Source: Salinispira sp. (GTDB lineage Bacteria; Spirochaetota; Spirochaetia; DSM-27196; Salinispiraceae). Taken from it: DNA of 64,000 nucleotides. The notes beneath the pieces were generated by a model. It was not told the DNA's origin. It worked only from the letters and a program-made list of their open reading frames with translations, and did no database searches. Below, piece by piece: positions 1 to 9,259 of the stretch; positions within the stretch are counted from its first letter, which is position 1, and each line of letters begins with the position of its first letter. The DNA lies in assembly GCA_965226555.1 (NCBI GenBank), contig CBDDDG010000021.1:128001-192000 (forward strand), read 5' to 3'. Made by a program: the position numbers and the translations under genes.

Positions 1-5
1 GAGAC

Positions 6-107
6 AATGAGCCTGCCGGGCGGGCTTCCGCATGAAACACCTTTGGTCGGCTCTGCCGTTCTTGCGGCTCTAATGAGCCTGCCGGGCGGGCTTCCGCATG
101 AAACACC
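6..107. repeat. Two identical 36-bp direct repeats (6-41, 72-107) separated by 30 unique bp
   Basis: AATGAGCCTGCCGGGCGGGCTTCCGCATGAAACACC occurs twice with a 66-bp period and contains an imperfect hairpin (AGCCTGC/GCGGGCT). It is also open in frame +1 to TAA at 130-132. Confidence 0.9.
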
Positions 108-135
108 GGCTATTGCGGGCACTGGAGAATAACGA

Positions 136-1110
136 ATGAGCGAGATGCAGAGTACCATACAGAATCGTACAATCTTCTGTAAGGACAACCTCGAAGTGCT
201 GCGGGGAATGAATACCGGCAGTATCGACCTCATCTATCTTGATCCTCCCTTCAACAAGAAAAAAACCTTTACCGCTCCCATAACATCAACTGCGAAAGGG
301 GCGAGTTTTAAGGATATTTTTCAGGAAGAAGATGTGAAGGCTGAATGGGTGGAAACAATTCGCGAGGATAATGTTTCTCTGTATGAGCTGCTCGATTTTG
401 CCCGGAAGTCGGAGGGCAGAACATCGTATAATTTTTGCTATTTGTCGTATATGGCAATTCGGCTAATAGAGATACATCGAGTACTGAAAGATACCGGCAG
501 CGTCTATCTTCATTGCGATCCGACCATGAGCCATTATCTCAAACTCTCCATGGATTGCATTTTTGGAGAGAAAAACTTCAGAAATGAAATTATATGGTGC
601 TATACATTCCCCGGAAATTTTCCCCGAGACTTCCCCCGGCGGCACGATGTATTGTTCAGATATTCGAAAACGGATACGAGGGTTTTTAACAAACACGATA
701 TATCTCTGAAGTACAAGGCTCATTTTACCCCCGCGAGAGGCGTTCAGGGACACAAAGACTATGACGAAGCACATAAAATACAAAGACATGAGCAGGGAAA
801 AACCCCGGAGGACTGGTGGACCGATATTTCAAATGTTTCGCAATGGAAAAATGAATTAGTCGGTTATCCAACTCAGAAACCGCTTGCACTTCTGGAACGA
901 ATTATAAAAAGCAGTTCCAATGAAGGGGACATTGTGCTCGATCCTTTCTGCGGATGCGCAACGACCTGTGTTGCTGCTGAGAAATTGCAACGGAAATGGA
1001 TAGGAGTCGATATAAGCGTTGAAGCCTTTAACGTGGTGAAAAAGCGGCTCAGTCAGGAAGTTGAAATGAACGGCACAATTTTCTATGAACCCTCATCCAT
1101 TATCCACTGA
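136..1110 (+). CDS. Site-specific DNA methyltransferase (N6_N4_Mtase, beta class), orphan in this window
   Basis: IDLIYLDPPF catalytic motif followed by YPTQKP and LDPFCGCATT SAM-binding motif. Confidence 0.92.
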   Translation: MSEMQSTIQNRTIFCKDNLEVLRGMNTGSIDLIYLDPPFNKKKTFTAPITSTAKGASFKDIFQEEDVKAEWVETIREDNVSLYELLDFARKSEGRTSYNFCYLSYMAIRLIEIHRVLKDTGSVYLHCDPTMSHYLKLSMDCIFGEKNFRNEIIWCYTFPGNFPRDFPRRHDVLFRYSKTDTRVFNKHDISLKYKAHFTPARGVQGHKDYDEAHKIQRHEQGKTPEDWWTDISNVSQWKNELVGYPTQKPLALLERIIKSSSNEGDIVLDPFCGCATTCVAAEKLQRKWIGVDISVEAFNVVKKRLSQEVEMNGTIFYEPSSIIH

Positions 1111-1734
1111 TTCCTTTATCATAGCAAAAAATTTCTTCTTCGGCATGTCGGCGGCGCGAATGCAGATATTGGCAGCGTCGCGGGCGAGCGGGCGGCGCCG
1201 TTCGTAGATTTCATGAAAGGTTTTTCGGGGATTGTCTGTTTCAAGATATGGCGGGAATCCCCTTCGCTGTATGCGCTCAAAGAGAATGTTTTCTGGAAGA
1301 TCAAGAAACAGGGTGAGCATGCGGCGCTTCTGTATGGCTGCAATGAGGGGGCGGTTTTCCATGCTGCCGCCTCCGGTCGCAAGCACAAGGCCATCCGGCG
1401 GAAGCTGCGAAAAGGCAGCGAGCTCAGCAGCCCTGAACCAGCTTTCTCCCTTCTGACGGTAGAGCTGCCGTATGGAATCTGCGGATGGATGCGCTTTGAG
1501 AATGCAATTATCAAGATCAAAAAAGGGGATATCAAGATACTTTGCCAACCTGCGGCCATGATGTGTTTTCCCGCTATGTTTTAACCCGATGAGGGCAAAA
1601 TCCTGCGCAAAACCCCTCAGAGCCCTGCCAACCCCCGTCCGCTCGCCAACCCCCGTCCGCTCGCCAACCCCCGTCCGCTCGCCGGATACATCAGCTTCAT
1701 CAGGCAAATTTATCAAAGTAGATTCGTTTGTCAT
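1093..1734 (-). CDS. aroK: Shikimate kinase (start uncertain, about 1707-1734)
   Basis: LIGLKHSGKT P-loop, FFDLD, FR..E, LATGGG, R..RR.L motifs. Confidence 0.85.
   Translation of the reverse strand: MTNESTLINLPDEADVSGERTGVGERTGVGERTGVGRALRGFAQDFALIGLKHSGKTHHGRRLAKYLDIPFFDLDNCILKAHPSADSIRQLYRQKGESWFRAAELAAFSQLPPDGLVLATGGGSMENRPLIAAIQKRRMLTLFLDLPENILFERIQRRGFPPYLETDNPRKTFHEIYERRRPLARDAANICIRAADMPKKKFFAMIKESVDNG
1627..1683. repeat. 18-bp tandem repeat x3 encoding (GERTGV)3 at the AroK N-terminus
   Basis: GCCAACCCCCGTCCGCTC at 1627, 1645 and 1663. Confidence 0.95.
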
Positions 1735-2821
1735 CCATGTCATTATCGCGCATGACCACCATGCAGGCGTCAAGCATGCCGGGGCTGCCGCAGAGGTAGC
1801 CCTCCTTTTCGGCATTTTTCAGATGATCCTGTTTCAGATATTTATCAAGTACGGTTGTAATGAGGCCGGTTTCTCCATCCCATTCGCTGCCTTCCTCGGG
1901 TTCGGAGAGGGCGGGGATGAAATGGAAAGTGGGGTACTTCTTTTCAAGTTCGCGGAGCCAACTGAGATAAAAAATATCCCGAATGGACAGAGCCCCGAAG
2001 AAATACCAGACCTCCCGTTCGTTAATTTCTCCTGAATGGATCATATCATTAAAAATAGACTTAAATGGCGCCATGCCCGAACCGCCCGCAACACAGATCA
2101 TGGTCGCCGTAGTGGACTGCACGTGAAAATCGCCGACGGGAAGCACCATGTTAAGATGGTCGCCTTCCTTGAGATAATCGTGCGCGTAGGTTGTTACAAT
2201 ACCCCCGGGAACCAGCCGTATAAGGAATTCCACGTACCCCTTCTGATAAGGAGCGGAGGAAAAGGAATATGCCCGCTGCGTTGTTTCTCTGATCTTTGCG
2301 TACTTTGGCGCTTCAACCTGCCCGTACTGCCCTGCCGTGTAGTTAACTTCCACACCCTCGGGAAGTTTTACCAGCACCTCCTTAATGTCGTGCGTGAGAT
2401 CGGTAATTTTTTCAACGGTACCGTTTACCTTTTTAATGTTAAAAAGACTTTCTGGAATGTCAATGGCAAGGTTCTGTTTAACCTTAATTTGGCAGGCAAG
2501 CCGTGTACTGTCGGCGAGTTCCTCTGTTGTAAGATAGGGGATTTCAGTAGGCAGAACGGGGCCGATATCGGTGGTAATCTTCACCTTGCAGGCGCCGCAG
2601 CTGCCCCGGCCTCCGCAGGCGGATGGGAGAAAAATATCCTGCTCGGAAAGGCTCAGGAGAAGGTTGCTTCCCCCTGTTACCTCAACCTGGCGTTTTCCCT
2701 CATTAATGGAAATATCAAGCTGACCATAATTGTTTACAATTTTGTCGGTAATGGAAATGAGCGCTCCCAGAATTGCGCTCACCGCTCCAAGGGCAAGGGG
2801 GGCAAGAATGAGTGTTGACAT
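1700..2821 (-). CDS. nqrF: NqrF-like NADH oxidoreductase subunit (TM anchor, 2Fe-2S, FAD- and NAD-binding)
   Basis: PSACGGRGSCGAC...RLACQ ferredoxin, RAYS flavin motif, AGGSGMAP, YLCGSPGM, terminal FDKF; start at MSTLIL. Confidence 0.85.
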   Translation of the reverse strand: MSTLILAPLALGAVSAILGALISITDKIVNNYGQLDISINEGKRQVEVTGGSNLLLSLSEQDIFLPSACGGRGSCGACKVKITTDIGPVLPTEIPYLTTEELADSTRLACQIKVKQNLAIDIPESLFNIKKVNGTVEKITDLTHDIKEVLVKLPEGVEVNYTAGQYGQVEAPKYAKIRETTQRAYSFSSAPYQKGYVEFLIRLVPGGIVTTYAHDYLKEGDHLNMVLPVGDFHVQSTTATMICVAGGSGMAPFKSIFNDMIHSGEINEREVWYFFGALSIRDIFYLSWLRELEKKYPTFHFIPALSEPEEGSEWDGETGLITTVLDKYLKQDHLKNAEKEGYLCGSPGMLDACMVVMRDNDMDDKRIYFDKFA

Positions 2822-2834
2822 TTTTGTGCGCTCC

Positions 2835-3428
2835 TTACTGTATCCGCAGCATTCCGGAAAATCCGATGAATGCCATGGCCATAAATCCAATGGTAATAAG
2901 GGTTATTCCCGGCCCCTGCAGAGCTTCAGGAACCGGCGCCTTATCTGTTTTTTTGCGGATGGCGGCAAGCGCAAGAATTGCGAGCCACCAGCCGATACCG
3001 CTTCCGAATGAGTATATGACTGTTTGAATGAAACTATAGTTTCGAATCTGCAGAAAGAGACTAACACCGAGAATGGCGCAGTTTACCGTAATGAGCGGAA
3101 GGAAAATACCAAGCGTCATATAGAGCTCTGGACTCACTCTGTCAATTATCATCTCAAGTATCTGCACCACCGCCGCTATGACAATGATAAAGACAATGAA
3201 CCGCAGATATTCCAGTTCGAGAGGGATAAGAACGAAGTGCAGCACAATCCAGTTCAGTATACCGGTAACCAGCAGTACAAGGGTTACTGCCATTCCCAAT
3301 CCGTTTGAACTTTTAAAATTCTTTGAAATTGCAATAAAAGAACACATCCCGAGAAAATTTGAGAGCAGAATGTTCGATGTGAAAATTGATGCAAAAAGAA
3401 GTTCCATGGGGTTTAATACAGGGCTCAT
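2835..3428 (-). CDS. nqrE: NqrE/RnfA-family membrane subunit
   Basis: FLGMCSFIA and LGIFLPLITVNCAILG motifs. Confidence 0.85.
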   Translation of the reverse strand: MSPVLNPMELLFASIFTSNILLSNFLGMCSFIAISKNFKSSNGLGMAVTLVLLVTGILNWIVLHFVLIPLELEYLRFIVFIIVIAAVVQILEMIIDRVSPELYMTLGIFLPLITVNCAILGVSLFLQIRNYSFIQTVIYSFGSGIGWWLAILALAAIRKKTDKAPVPEALQGPGITLITIGFMAMAFIGFSGMLRIQ

Positions 3429-4048
3429 TGTTCACCTCCTGCCTGTGATTTTAGCATGTATGATTTCGCAATCCAGAGAAGGATGCCGAGCATGAAAAAT
3501 GCGCTTGGCGCCATTACCATGATCGTCCAGTTATATCCGCCGTTTGTAAAATCGGTCGGGAGGACACGGAAGCCGAAAAGCGTGCCGAAACCGAGGAGTT
3601 CCCGAAAAAAGGCAATGAAAATGAGCACCGACATGTATCCAAGCCCGCTTGTGAAGCCGTCCCAGAAAGAAATGAGCGGCGGATTACTCTGCGCGAAGGC
3701 CTCCGCCCGCCCCATAATGATGCAGTTCGTTATAATGAGCCCGACGTAGGGGCCAAGATTTTTGCTTATTTCCGGGCTGAAAGCCTTGAGAAGAAGATCG
3801 ACAATAATAACATAAAACGCAATAATGAGCGTCTGCACGATCATGCGGACCTTTCGGGGAATGAGCTTTTTGATAATTGAGATAGTGAGATTCGAGAAGG
3901 CTGTTACAAGAATTACCCCCGCGGTCATGATCATGGTGTTTGTGAGAAGGTTGGTGACGGCAAGCGTTGAGCAAATTCCCAGCATTTGAATGAGAATGGG
4001 ATTGTTCTCCCATACGTTTTCTTTGAGCATGTGTTGTGTCTGACTCAC
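3425..4048 (-). CDS. nqrD: NqrD/RnfE-family membrane subunit
   Basis: NNPILIQMLGICSTLAVT, GLIITNCIIMGRAEAFA and APSAFF motifs. Confidence 0.85.
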   Translation of the reverse strand: MSQTQHMLKENVWENNPILIQMLGICSTLAVTNLLTNTMIMTAGVILVTAFSNLTISIIKKLIPRKVRMIVQTLIIAFYVIIVDLLLKAFSPEISKNLGPYVGLIITNCIIMGRAEAFAQSNPPLISFWDGFTSGLGYMSVLIFIAFFRELLGFGTLFGFRVLPTDFTNGGYNWTIMVMAPSAFFMLGILLWIAKSYMLKSQAGGEQ

Positions 4049-4719
4049 AGATCACCTCCGAGTATTGTATGTATATCTCTCACTGCCTGAGATACGATGG
4101 CCTTCATTGAGTTGCTTGTTACCGTTGCTCCGGTTATTGCATCAATCATATTATCATCCGGTTCATCGGCGGCGCCGGAACCGCTGGCGCCAAGTTCCAT
4201 ACTTCCGCCTGCCATTATCTCGGCGGAAATTGCCTGATCTCTGAATTGTTCCTTGAACCAATCTTCATCAATTCTCCCGCCAAGACCCGGCGTTTCACTC
4301 TGGTTAATTATTTCCAGACCGGTAAAGCGGGTGAGATCCGCATTAAAACCTATGACAACCTCAATAGTGCCCCATAATCCCGGTCCCTGAGTTCTCAGGG
4401 CATAGATATTTTCCCCGCTGCCCCGTATTCCGCCGGACTGCGATCCGCTGTCCTGCGATCCGTTGCCCCGCGATGTATAATAGGTGAAATCGCCCGATGT
4501 TGCTGTTTCAACACCATCGAATTTTTCAATAATATCGTTCCGATTGTCGGGGTCGTAGGCAATGCCCAAGGCATTGAGCACTGCGCGGTTTGCAACAATT
4601 TGCTGATTCTCCCGAACAAGATCAACAGTTCCGACATTCGTGAGGGCAAGAAAAAACACACAGACAAAGGTAATTACAAAACAAAAGATAACGGTATATA
4701 TGATGTTGTTCTTATTCAT
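4045..4719 (-). CDS. nqrC: NqrC/RnfG-family FMN-binding subunit
   Basis: N-terminal TM, GPGLWG, ETPGLG and DAITGAT covalent-FMN motif. Confidence 0.85.
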   Translation of the reverse strand: MNKNNIIYTVIFCFVITFVCVFFLALTNVGTVDLVRENQQIVANRAVLNALGIAYDPDNRNDIIEKFDGVETATSGDFTYYTSRGNGSQDSGSQSGGIRGSGENIYALRTQGPGLWGTIEVVIGFNADLTRFTGLEIINQSETPGLGGRIDEDWFKEQFRDQAISAEIMAGGSMELGASGSGAADEPDDNMIDAITGATVTSNSMKAIVSQAVRDIHTILGGDL

Positions 4720-6002
4720 GTTGTCGTTCCTGCTGGTTTTTCTGATTTTTTCGGTTCGGCTGATTGGGCTGATTGGGCGGCGGGGTTTGCCGGTTTTTTT
4801 GCTGGGGCAGCAGGTTTTGCCTTCCTGCTTTTTTTCTTTGGCGCCGGCGATATTTCATCGAGGAGATTAGCGAAGGTATTTCCCACGAGAATACCGAAAC
4901 TTGTACCTTCAGGAAATCCGCTGAATACACGGATGAGAATGGTTACCGATCCAATGATTATACCGTAGAGAAATTGGGCGAGCGGTTTGTTTGGTCCTGA
5001 AACGGGATCGGTCGACATGAAAACCGCAACATAGAAAAGGGAGCCGGAAAAAAGAAACTTGGTAATATCGAGTATGTGCCCTGTTACATTGGTGTTCTGC
5101 GGATTCATAAGCGCGCCCCCGCTGAGTTCGGCAATGAAGCCTCCATAGTACAGAAAGCTGGTGAGTACAGCGGCCGAAAGCAGAGTCATAAGAATCATGC
5201 GCCAGTTGGCTGTTTTCGTCCAGATAAGATATATCCCCGCAAGTATGATAAGAAAAATGGCACTTTCGCCAATTGAACCAACACGCCGACCGAAGAAGAG
5301 GTTGAGTAAGGTATTATTATTGATAAATTCGTATCCGGCAGGAAGATTATCGGATTGAAGCCCCCGGTATATCTCAAGAGGAGTGACGGTGCTCACTGCA
5401 TCAATTTCCGGTGTCAGTACTCCCGCATATGAGGTAATAACATAGAGAACAACCATAAGAATAATTGCCCCCGCGATAGTTCCCTTCACGAGTTTCTTTT
5501 TTTCAAAGTTATTCGTTACCACGACAAAGAGAATTATGACAATGACAGTCATAAATACCGCTTCCAGAATACTGCTGCTCTGGGGCTGGGTATTGATACC
5601 GGCCGTTCCAAAGAGACCCGGAATCATCCATGTTGTCTGCATGAGGAGCGGAAACGATATATAGGTAAAAATTCGTCCGGTAATAGCCGGATTAAAAATG
5701 TTTCGCCCGAATCCTCCGTAGGCTCCCTTTCCCATAACCACTGAAAAAACCGATGCCAGCGCAGCTACCCAGAGGGGAACAGCGGGCGGAAAGGAGAGGG
5801 CAAGAAGAGCACAGGTAACGAGCACTGCCTCGCTTACCTTTTTATTTTTTGCCTTTTCCATAATAAATTCCGAAAGAATACCCACAGCAAACACCACAAT
5901 ACTGACGGCGAGAACTCTCCAGCCGTACAGCCATAGTGAGTACAGCGCAATAGGCGCAAGCGAATACAGAACCCTTCGCATTATTTGTTGTTTTTGAAAC
6001 AT
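4716..6002 (-). CDS. nqrB: NqrB/RnfD-family membrane subunit
   Basis: GGFGRNIFNPA, GSIGE, FMSTDPVSGP and FPEG motifs; FMN site reads DAVSTVTP. Confidence 0.85.
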   Translation of the reverse strand: MFQKQQIMRRVLYSLAPIALYSLWLYGWRVLAVSIVVFAVGILSEFIMEKAKNKKVSEAVLVTCALLALSFPPAVPLWVAALASVFSVVMGKGAYGGFGRNIFNPAITGRIFTYISFPLLMQTTWMIPGLFGTAGINTQPQSSSILEAVFMTVIVIILFVVVTNNFEKKKLVKGTIAGAIILMVVLYVITSYAGVLTPEIDAVSTVTPLEIYRGLQSDNLPAGYEFINNNTLLNLFFGRRVGSIGESAIFLIILAGIYLIWTKTANWRMILMTLLSAAVLTSFLYYGGFIAELSGGALMNPQNTNVTGHILDITKFLFSGSLFYVAVFMSTDPVSGPNKPLAQFLYGIIIGSVTILIRVFSGFPEGTSFGILVGNTFANLLDEISPAPKKKSRKAKPAAPAKKPANPAAQSAQSAEPKKSEKPAGTTT

Positions 6003-6154
6003 TGTTACTCCCGAGATACCGAGCTAAAACCTTCACCAATATGATGGCCGCTACACTTCTGCCGACTCCTCATAGAAACTTTTGCCGATTTCCCATACTA
6101 GTATATATATACTTTTTTATCAATAAAAAAATATCTTTTTATGAAAAAGTTTTT

Positions 6155-6250
6155 GCTACTGAAAATTGTGCTTGCAAAATTTTCCAATAAGGATTTTCTC
6201 AAGGTATAGAAAGTTTTGCTACTGGAAATTGTGCTTGCACAATTTTCCAA
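6155..6250. repeat. Two 33-bp AT-rich palindromic repeats (6155-6187, 6218-6250); a third copy lies inverted at 50335-50368
   Basis: GCTACTG(A/G)AAATTGTGCTTGCA(A/C)AATTTTCCAA, 2 mismatches between the copies. Confidence 0.9.
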
Positions 6251-6265
6251 GGCAAAACTTTATCA

Positions 6266-6439
6266 ATGCAAAATTTCGCCCATGAATGTGCGTGTACCTT
6301 GACAGTTCTGTCCCACTATGGATATATTCAATATAACAGCAGGGGTGATATTATCCAAGAAGGAAGCCGTGATAAACGGATATTTGCAGGGACGCTGTAT
6401 CAAATAACTATCCCTGCAAAGGAGTTACGAGATGATTGA
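6266..6439 (+). pseudogene. C-terminal relic of a GHKL/HATPase-like protein upstream of the STAS-like gene
   Basis: Translates ...LTVLSHYGYIQY...IFAGTLYQITIP..*, resembling the terminal F-x-G-T strand of HATPase domains; overlaps the next start. Confidence 0.5.
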
Positions 6440-6770
6440 TGTCATAGATGTTGGTGATGATTTTTCACCGCGATTAATCAACAGAGATAAGACTCAAGGA
6501 GATGGCCGATTCTCTGGTGTAGAGTTCAGAGAAAAATATCTCTCAGGGCTTGAGAAAAAGGAAATGTGGAAGAGCAATGATGTGTTCATAACTCTTGACT
6601 TTGAGCATGTCGAAAAGATTGGCCCTTCATTTGCAAACGAAGTTTTTGCGTACTTTTGCCAGTACGTCAAGGACAAGGCACAGATACATAATAAAATTAA
6701 ATTTCAGCATATCACTAAGGTGAAAATGTCTATTATTAATGAGGAAATAAATTCCGGATTTGACACATGA
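6432..6770 (+). CDS. STAS-like (DUF4325-type) protein
   Basis: FSPRL..R...G..FRE, ITLDFEHVEKIGPSFANEVF pattern; GGAG RBS upstream. Confidence 0.7.
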   Translation: MIDVIDVGDDFSPRLINRDKTQGDGRFSGVEFREKYLSGLEKKEMWKSNDVFITLDFEHVEKIGPSFANEVFAYFCQYVKDKAQIHNKIKFQHITKVKMSIINEEINSGFDT

Positions 6771-6888
6771 AGCGGTATTCCCATCCGTATTAAGAGACGA
6801 CCGTCAATGAAGAGATGCCGGGAATCTATGCACTATATCGCCGCTTGAAATACAAAAAACCAACCATTGAAATGATGATATATGGAAG

Positions 6889-7800
6889 TCATACCAAATG
6901 CACCAATGTGTCAGCGATCACATCGGTTTGGTCAAACAAATCCAACTCAGCGACCGATTGCTCACCCCAAATATTTTTCAAATTCGGCGTGCATTGATAT
7001 GCTTTGTAATGCGCGCGAATGTCATCGGCATCGCCGATGGTTTTTAATCTTGTTTTGATGCATTGCACATTGTTGGAATCCAGTTCAATGCCAATAGATT
7101 TTCGCTGCAATTGTTTGGCGGTCACCAGCGTGGTGCCGGTGCCGGCAAAAGGATCCAAAACCGTATCGCCCAAGTTGCTTGATGACAAAATGATTCGCAA
7201 AAGCAACGCAATCGGCGATTGTTGTTTATGAAATCGGCCGCCATCAGCATCGCGAATCGCTTCTTTACCGGCAAAAAACCCGGAGGTTAACTCGCGAATA
7301 TCATCCCAAACATCGGTAACATATATGCCGTTTTCGCGTTTGACTTTATAGTTCGCCGGCAACTCCGGATTAATACGCAAGCGGTTAAACACCCGCGCCT
7401 TTAATCCTTTTGTCGCATAAACGATTATTTGGTATTGTTTGCCAAACTTGCACGGCACCGGCACCGCCGAAGTTTTCTTTTTCCATATAATTAAGTTTTG
7501 AAAACTCCAGCCGGTCTCACGCAAAACAGTCATCACAAATTCGGCATTCTTTTCGCGCTGCATAAAGTACATTGCTCCGCCTGCGGCGGTGCTGCGATAA
7601 ACGTGACGGCAAACTTCGCGCATCATGTCCCAGTATGCAGCATCATCCATTGCATCGTCGTGCGCAGCGTAAAACTTTCCTTGATTGAATGGCGGATCGA
7701 GATAAGTCACATGCACCGTATCTGCCGCGACTTTTTGCAACTGCGTTAAACAGTCGCCGTCATAAATTATGTGCCGCCCTGAATCGTGGATATGTTTCAT
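6889..7800 (-). CDS. Site-specific DNA methyltransferase (beta class), orphan
   Basis: YLDPPFN, HKQQSP and LDPFAGTGTT motifs. Confidence 0.92.
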   Translation of the reverse strand: MKHIHDSGRHIIYDGDCLTQLQKVAADTVHVTYLDPPFNQGKFYAAHDDAMDDAAYWDMMREVCRHVYRSTAAGGAMYFMQREKNAEFVMTVLRETGWSFQNLIIWKKKTSAVPVPCKFGKQYQIIVYATKGLKARVFNRLRINPELPANYKVKRENGIYVTDVWDDIRELTSGFFAGKEAIRDADGGRFHKQQSPIALLLRIILSSSNLGDTVLDPFAGTGTTLVTAKQLQRKSIGIELDSNNVQCIKTRLKTIGDADDIRAHYKAYQCTPNLKNIWGEQSVAELDLFDQTDVIADTLVHLV

Positions 7801-7886
7801 AGCACACATGATAGCCAAAAATCCTGCCCTCTGCAAGAGCGGTGCAACCGCAGATTCCCCACTCATTCAGGCAAGTTCGATGGTGG

Positions 7887-8699
7887 TCAATACGTTTTCT
7901 CATGTGATGAATGGTCGTCATGGTGCGGATCAACCATTGTCAGCACGGCATCATGAATGATCCCATTACTTGCCACAACTTGTGTACCCAGCCGCGCCCG
8001 ACCTTGAAAATCGGTAAATGTGCCGCCGGCCTCCTGCACAATGGGCATGATGCAGGCAATGTCCCAGATACTTACTATGGGATCAATAACCAGTTCTGCC
8101 CGACCGCTTGCCAGCATGAGGTAGGCATGCCCGTCTCCCCAGCCCATGCTCCATTTTACTGAGCCGATAAGCTCGGCAGCGCGGGGCGACATGTTGAGGA
8201 ACTCTGCCGGCTCACCCAGGAGAAACCGCGATTCGGCAAGATTCGCAATACTACTGACAGTTGAGGGCTGTCCATTATAGAAACAGCCGAGACCATTTCC
8301 CGCCGAGATCAACTCCTCGGTTTGCGGATTATAAATAACTCCAAGAACAGGTTCGCCGCGGTACAGGAGACCGACAAGAACAGTATAGAGAGGCACCCCA
8401 TGGATAAAACTGATCGTACCGTCAATAGGATCAATGATCCATTTCCATGGGGAATGTGGACTGCCGCTCAGTCCGAATTCTTCTCCAAGTATCTGATGAC
8501 TGCTGTATTCCCGTTCAATGTGCTGCCGCATGGCGGTTTCTGCCTCTTTATCGGCGCGTGTTACCGGCGTTTCATCGGCCTTCGTCTCAATTGCAATGTT
8601 CCGTCCAAAGTAATATCTGCCGATATCACCGCCGATCCGCGCGAAATCTTCGGCTTTTTCAAGAATGGAAGCGATCATTTCCTTCTCCACAGGTTCCAT
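7887..8699 (-). CDS. hisN: Inositol-monophosphatase-family histidinol-phosphatase
   Basis: PVTRADKEAE, ILGEEFG, WIIDPIDGTISF and WDIA motifs. Confidence 0.8.
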   Translation of the reverse strand: MEPVEKEMIASILEKAEDFARIGGDIGRYYFGRNIAIETKADETPVTRADKEAETAMRQHIEREYSSHQILGEEFGLSGSPHSPWKWIIDPIDGTISFIHGVPLYTVLVGLLYRGEPVLGVIYNPQTEELISAGNGLGCFYNGQPSTVSSIANLAESRFLLGEPAEFLNMSPRAAELIGSVKWSMGWGDGHAYLMLASGRAELVIDPIVSIWDIACIMPIVQEAGGTFTDFQGRARLGTQVVASNGIIHDAVLTMVDPHHDDHSSHEKTY

Positions 8700-8797
8700 T
8701 GCTGCTCCTCTGTTTTTCTTTGGGTTTTCTTTGGGTTTTTCAGATTTTTCAGGATCGATGGTATCGGGCGCTGCCGATGTCGATCAGTTTTCATACT

Positions 8798-9250
8798 TCA
8801 GGATCGATGAGACGATTTCAGGTCTCGGTCAATCTGACGTTTTACATCCCGTTCTTTAATGCTTTTTCGCTTATCATGAACTTTTTTCCCTCGGCAGAGA
8901 GCAATTTCAACCTTAATGAGCCCATCTTTGCGTAACAATGCCACGGGAATGAGCGTGAATCCCTTTCCTTCTGTTTTCCGAATGAGTTTTTTGATTTCTT
9001 CCCGATGCAGAAGGAGTTTACGCTTTTGTACCGGTTCATGGTTATGAATGTTGCCATGATCATAGGCGCTTATATGGAATCCGACGAGCCAGCATTCATT
9101 ATGGGTAATGCGCGCATAGCAGTCGGCAAAATTGAATGTACCCGCTTTCAAACTTTTTACTTCAGTACCCCGAAGTACAATACCGCATTCATAGCGTTCG
9201 ATAATCTCATATTCATAAAAGGCACGGCGGTTTTTTCCAAGAACTTTCAT
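8798..9250 (-). CDS. smpB: SsrA-binding protein
   Basis: NRRAFYEY, GIVLRGTEVKSL, RKLLLHREEI and GKKVHDKR motifs. Confidence 0.97.
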   Translation of the reverse strand: MKVLGKNRRAFYEYEIIERYECGIVLRGTEVKSLKAGTFNFADCYARITHNECWLVGFHISAYDHGNIHNHEPVQKRKLLLHREEIKKLIRKTEGKGFTLIPVALLRKDGLIKVEIALCRGKKVHDKRKSIKERDVKRQIDRDLKSSHRS

Positions 9251-9259
9251 AGCATGGGC

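Noticed and set aside
6155..6250. CRISPR array from 33-bp repeats with a 30-bp gap
   Set aside because: Only two copies, the intervening and flanking DNA are themselves similar (tandem duplication), and no cas genes are present.
6815..6997. GIY-YIG nuclease from the PGIYALY peptide
   Set aside because: No YIG half-motif, and most of the ORF is antisense to the MTase; too weak to call.
8700..8800. tmRNA beside smpB
   Set aside because: Gap is about 100 bp with only short direct repeats and no tRNA-like ends.
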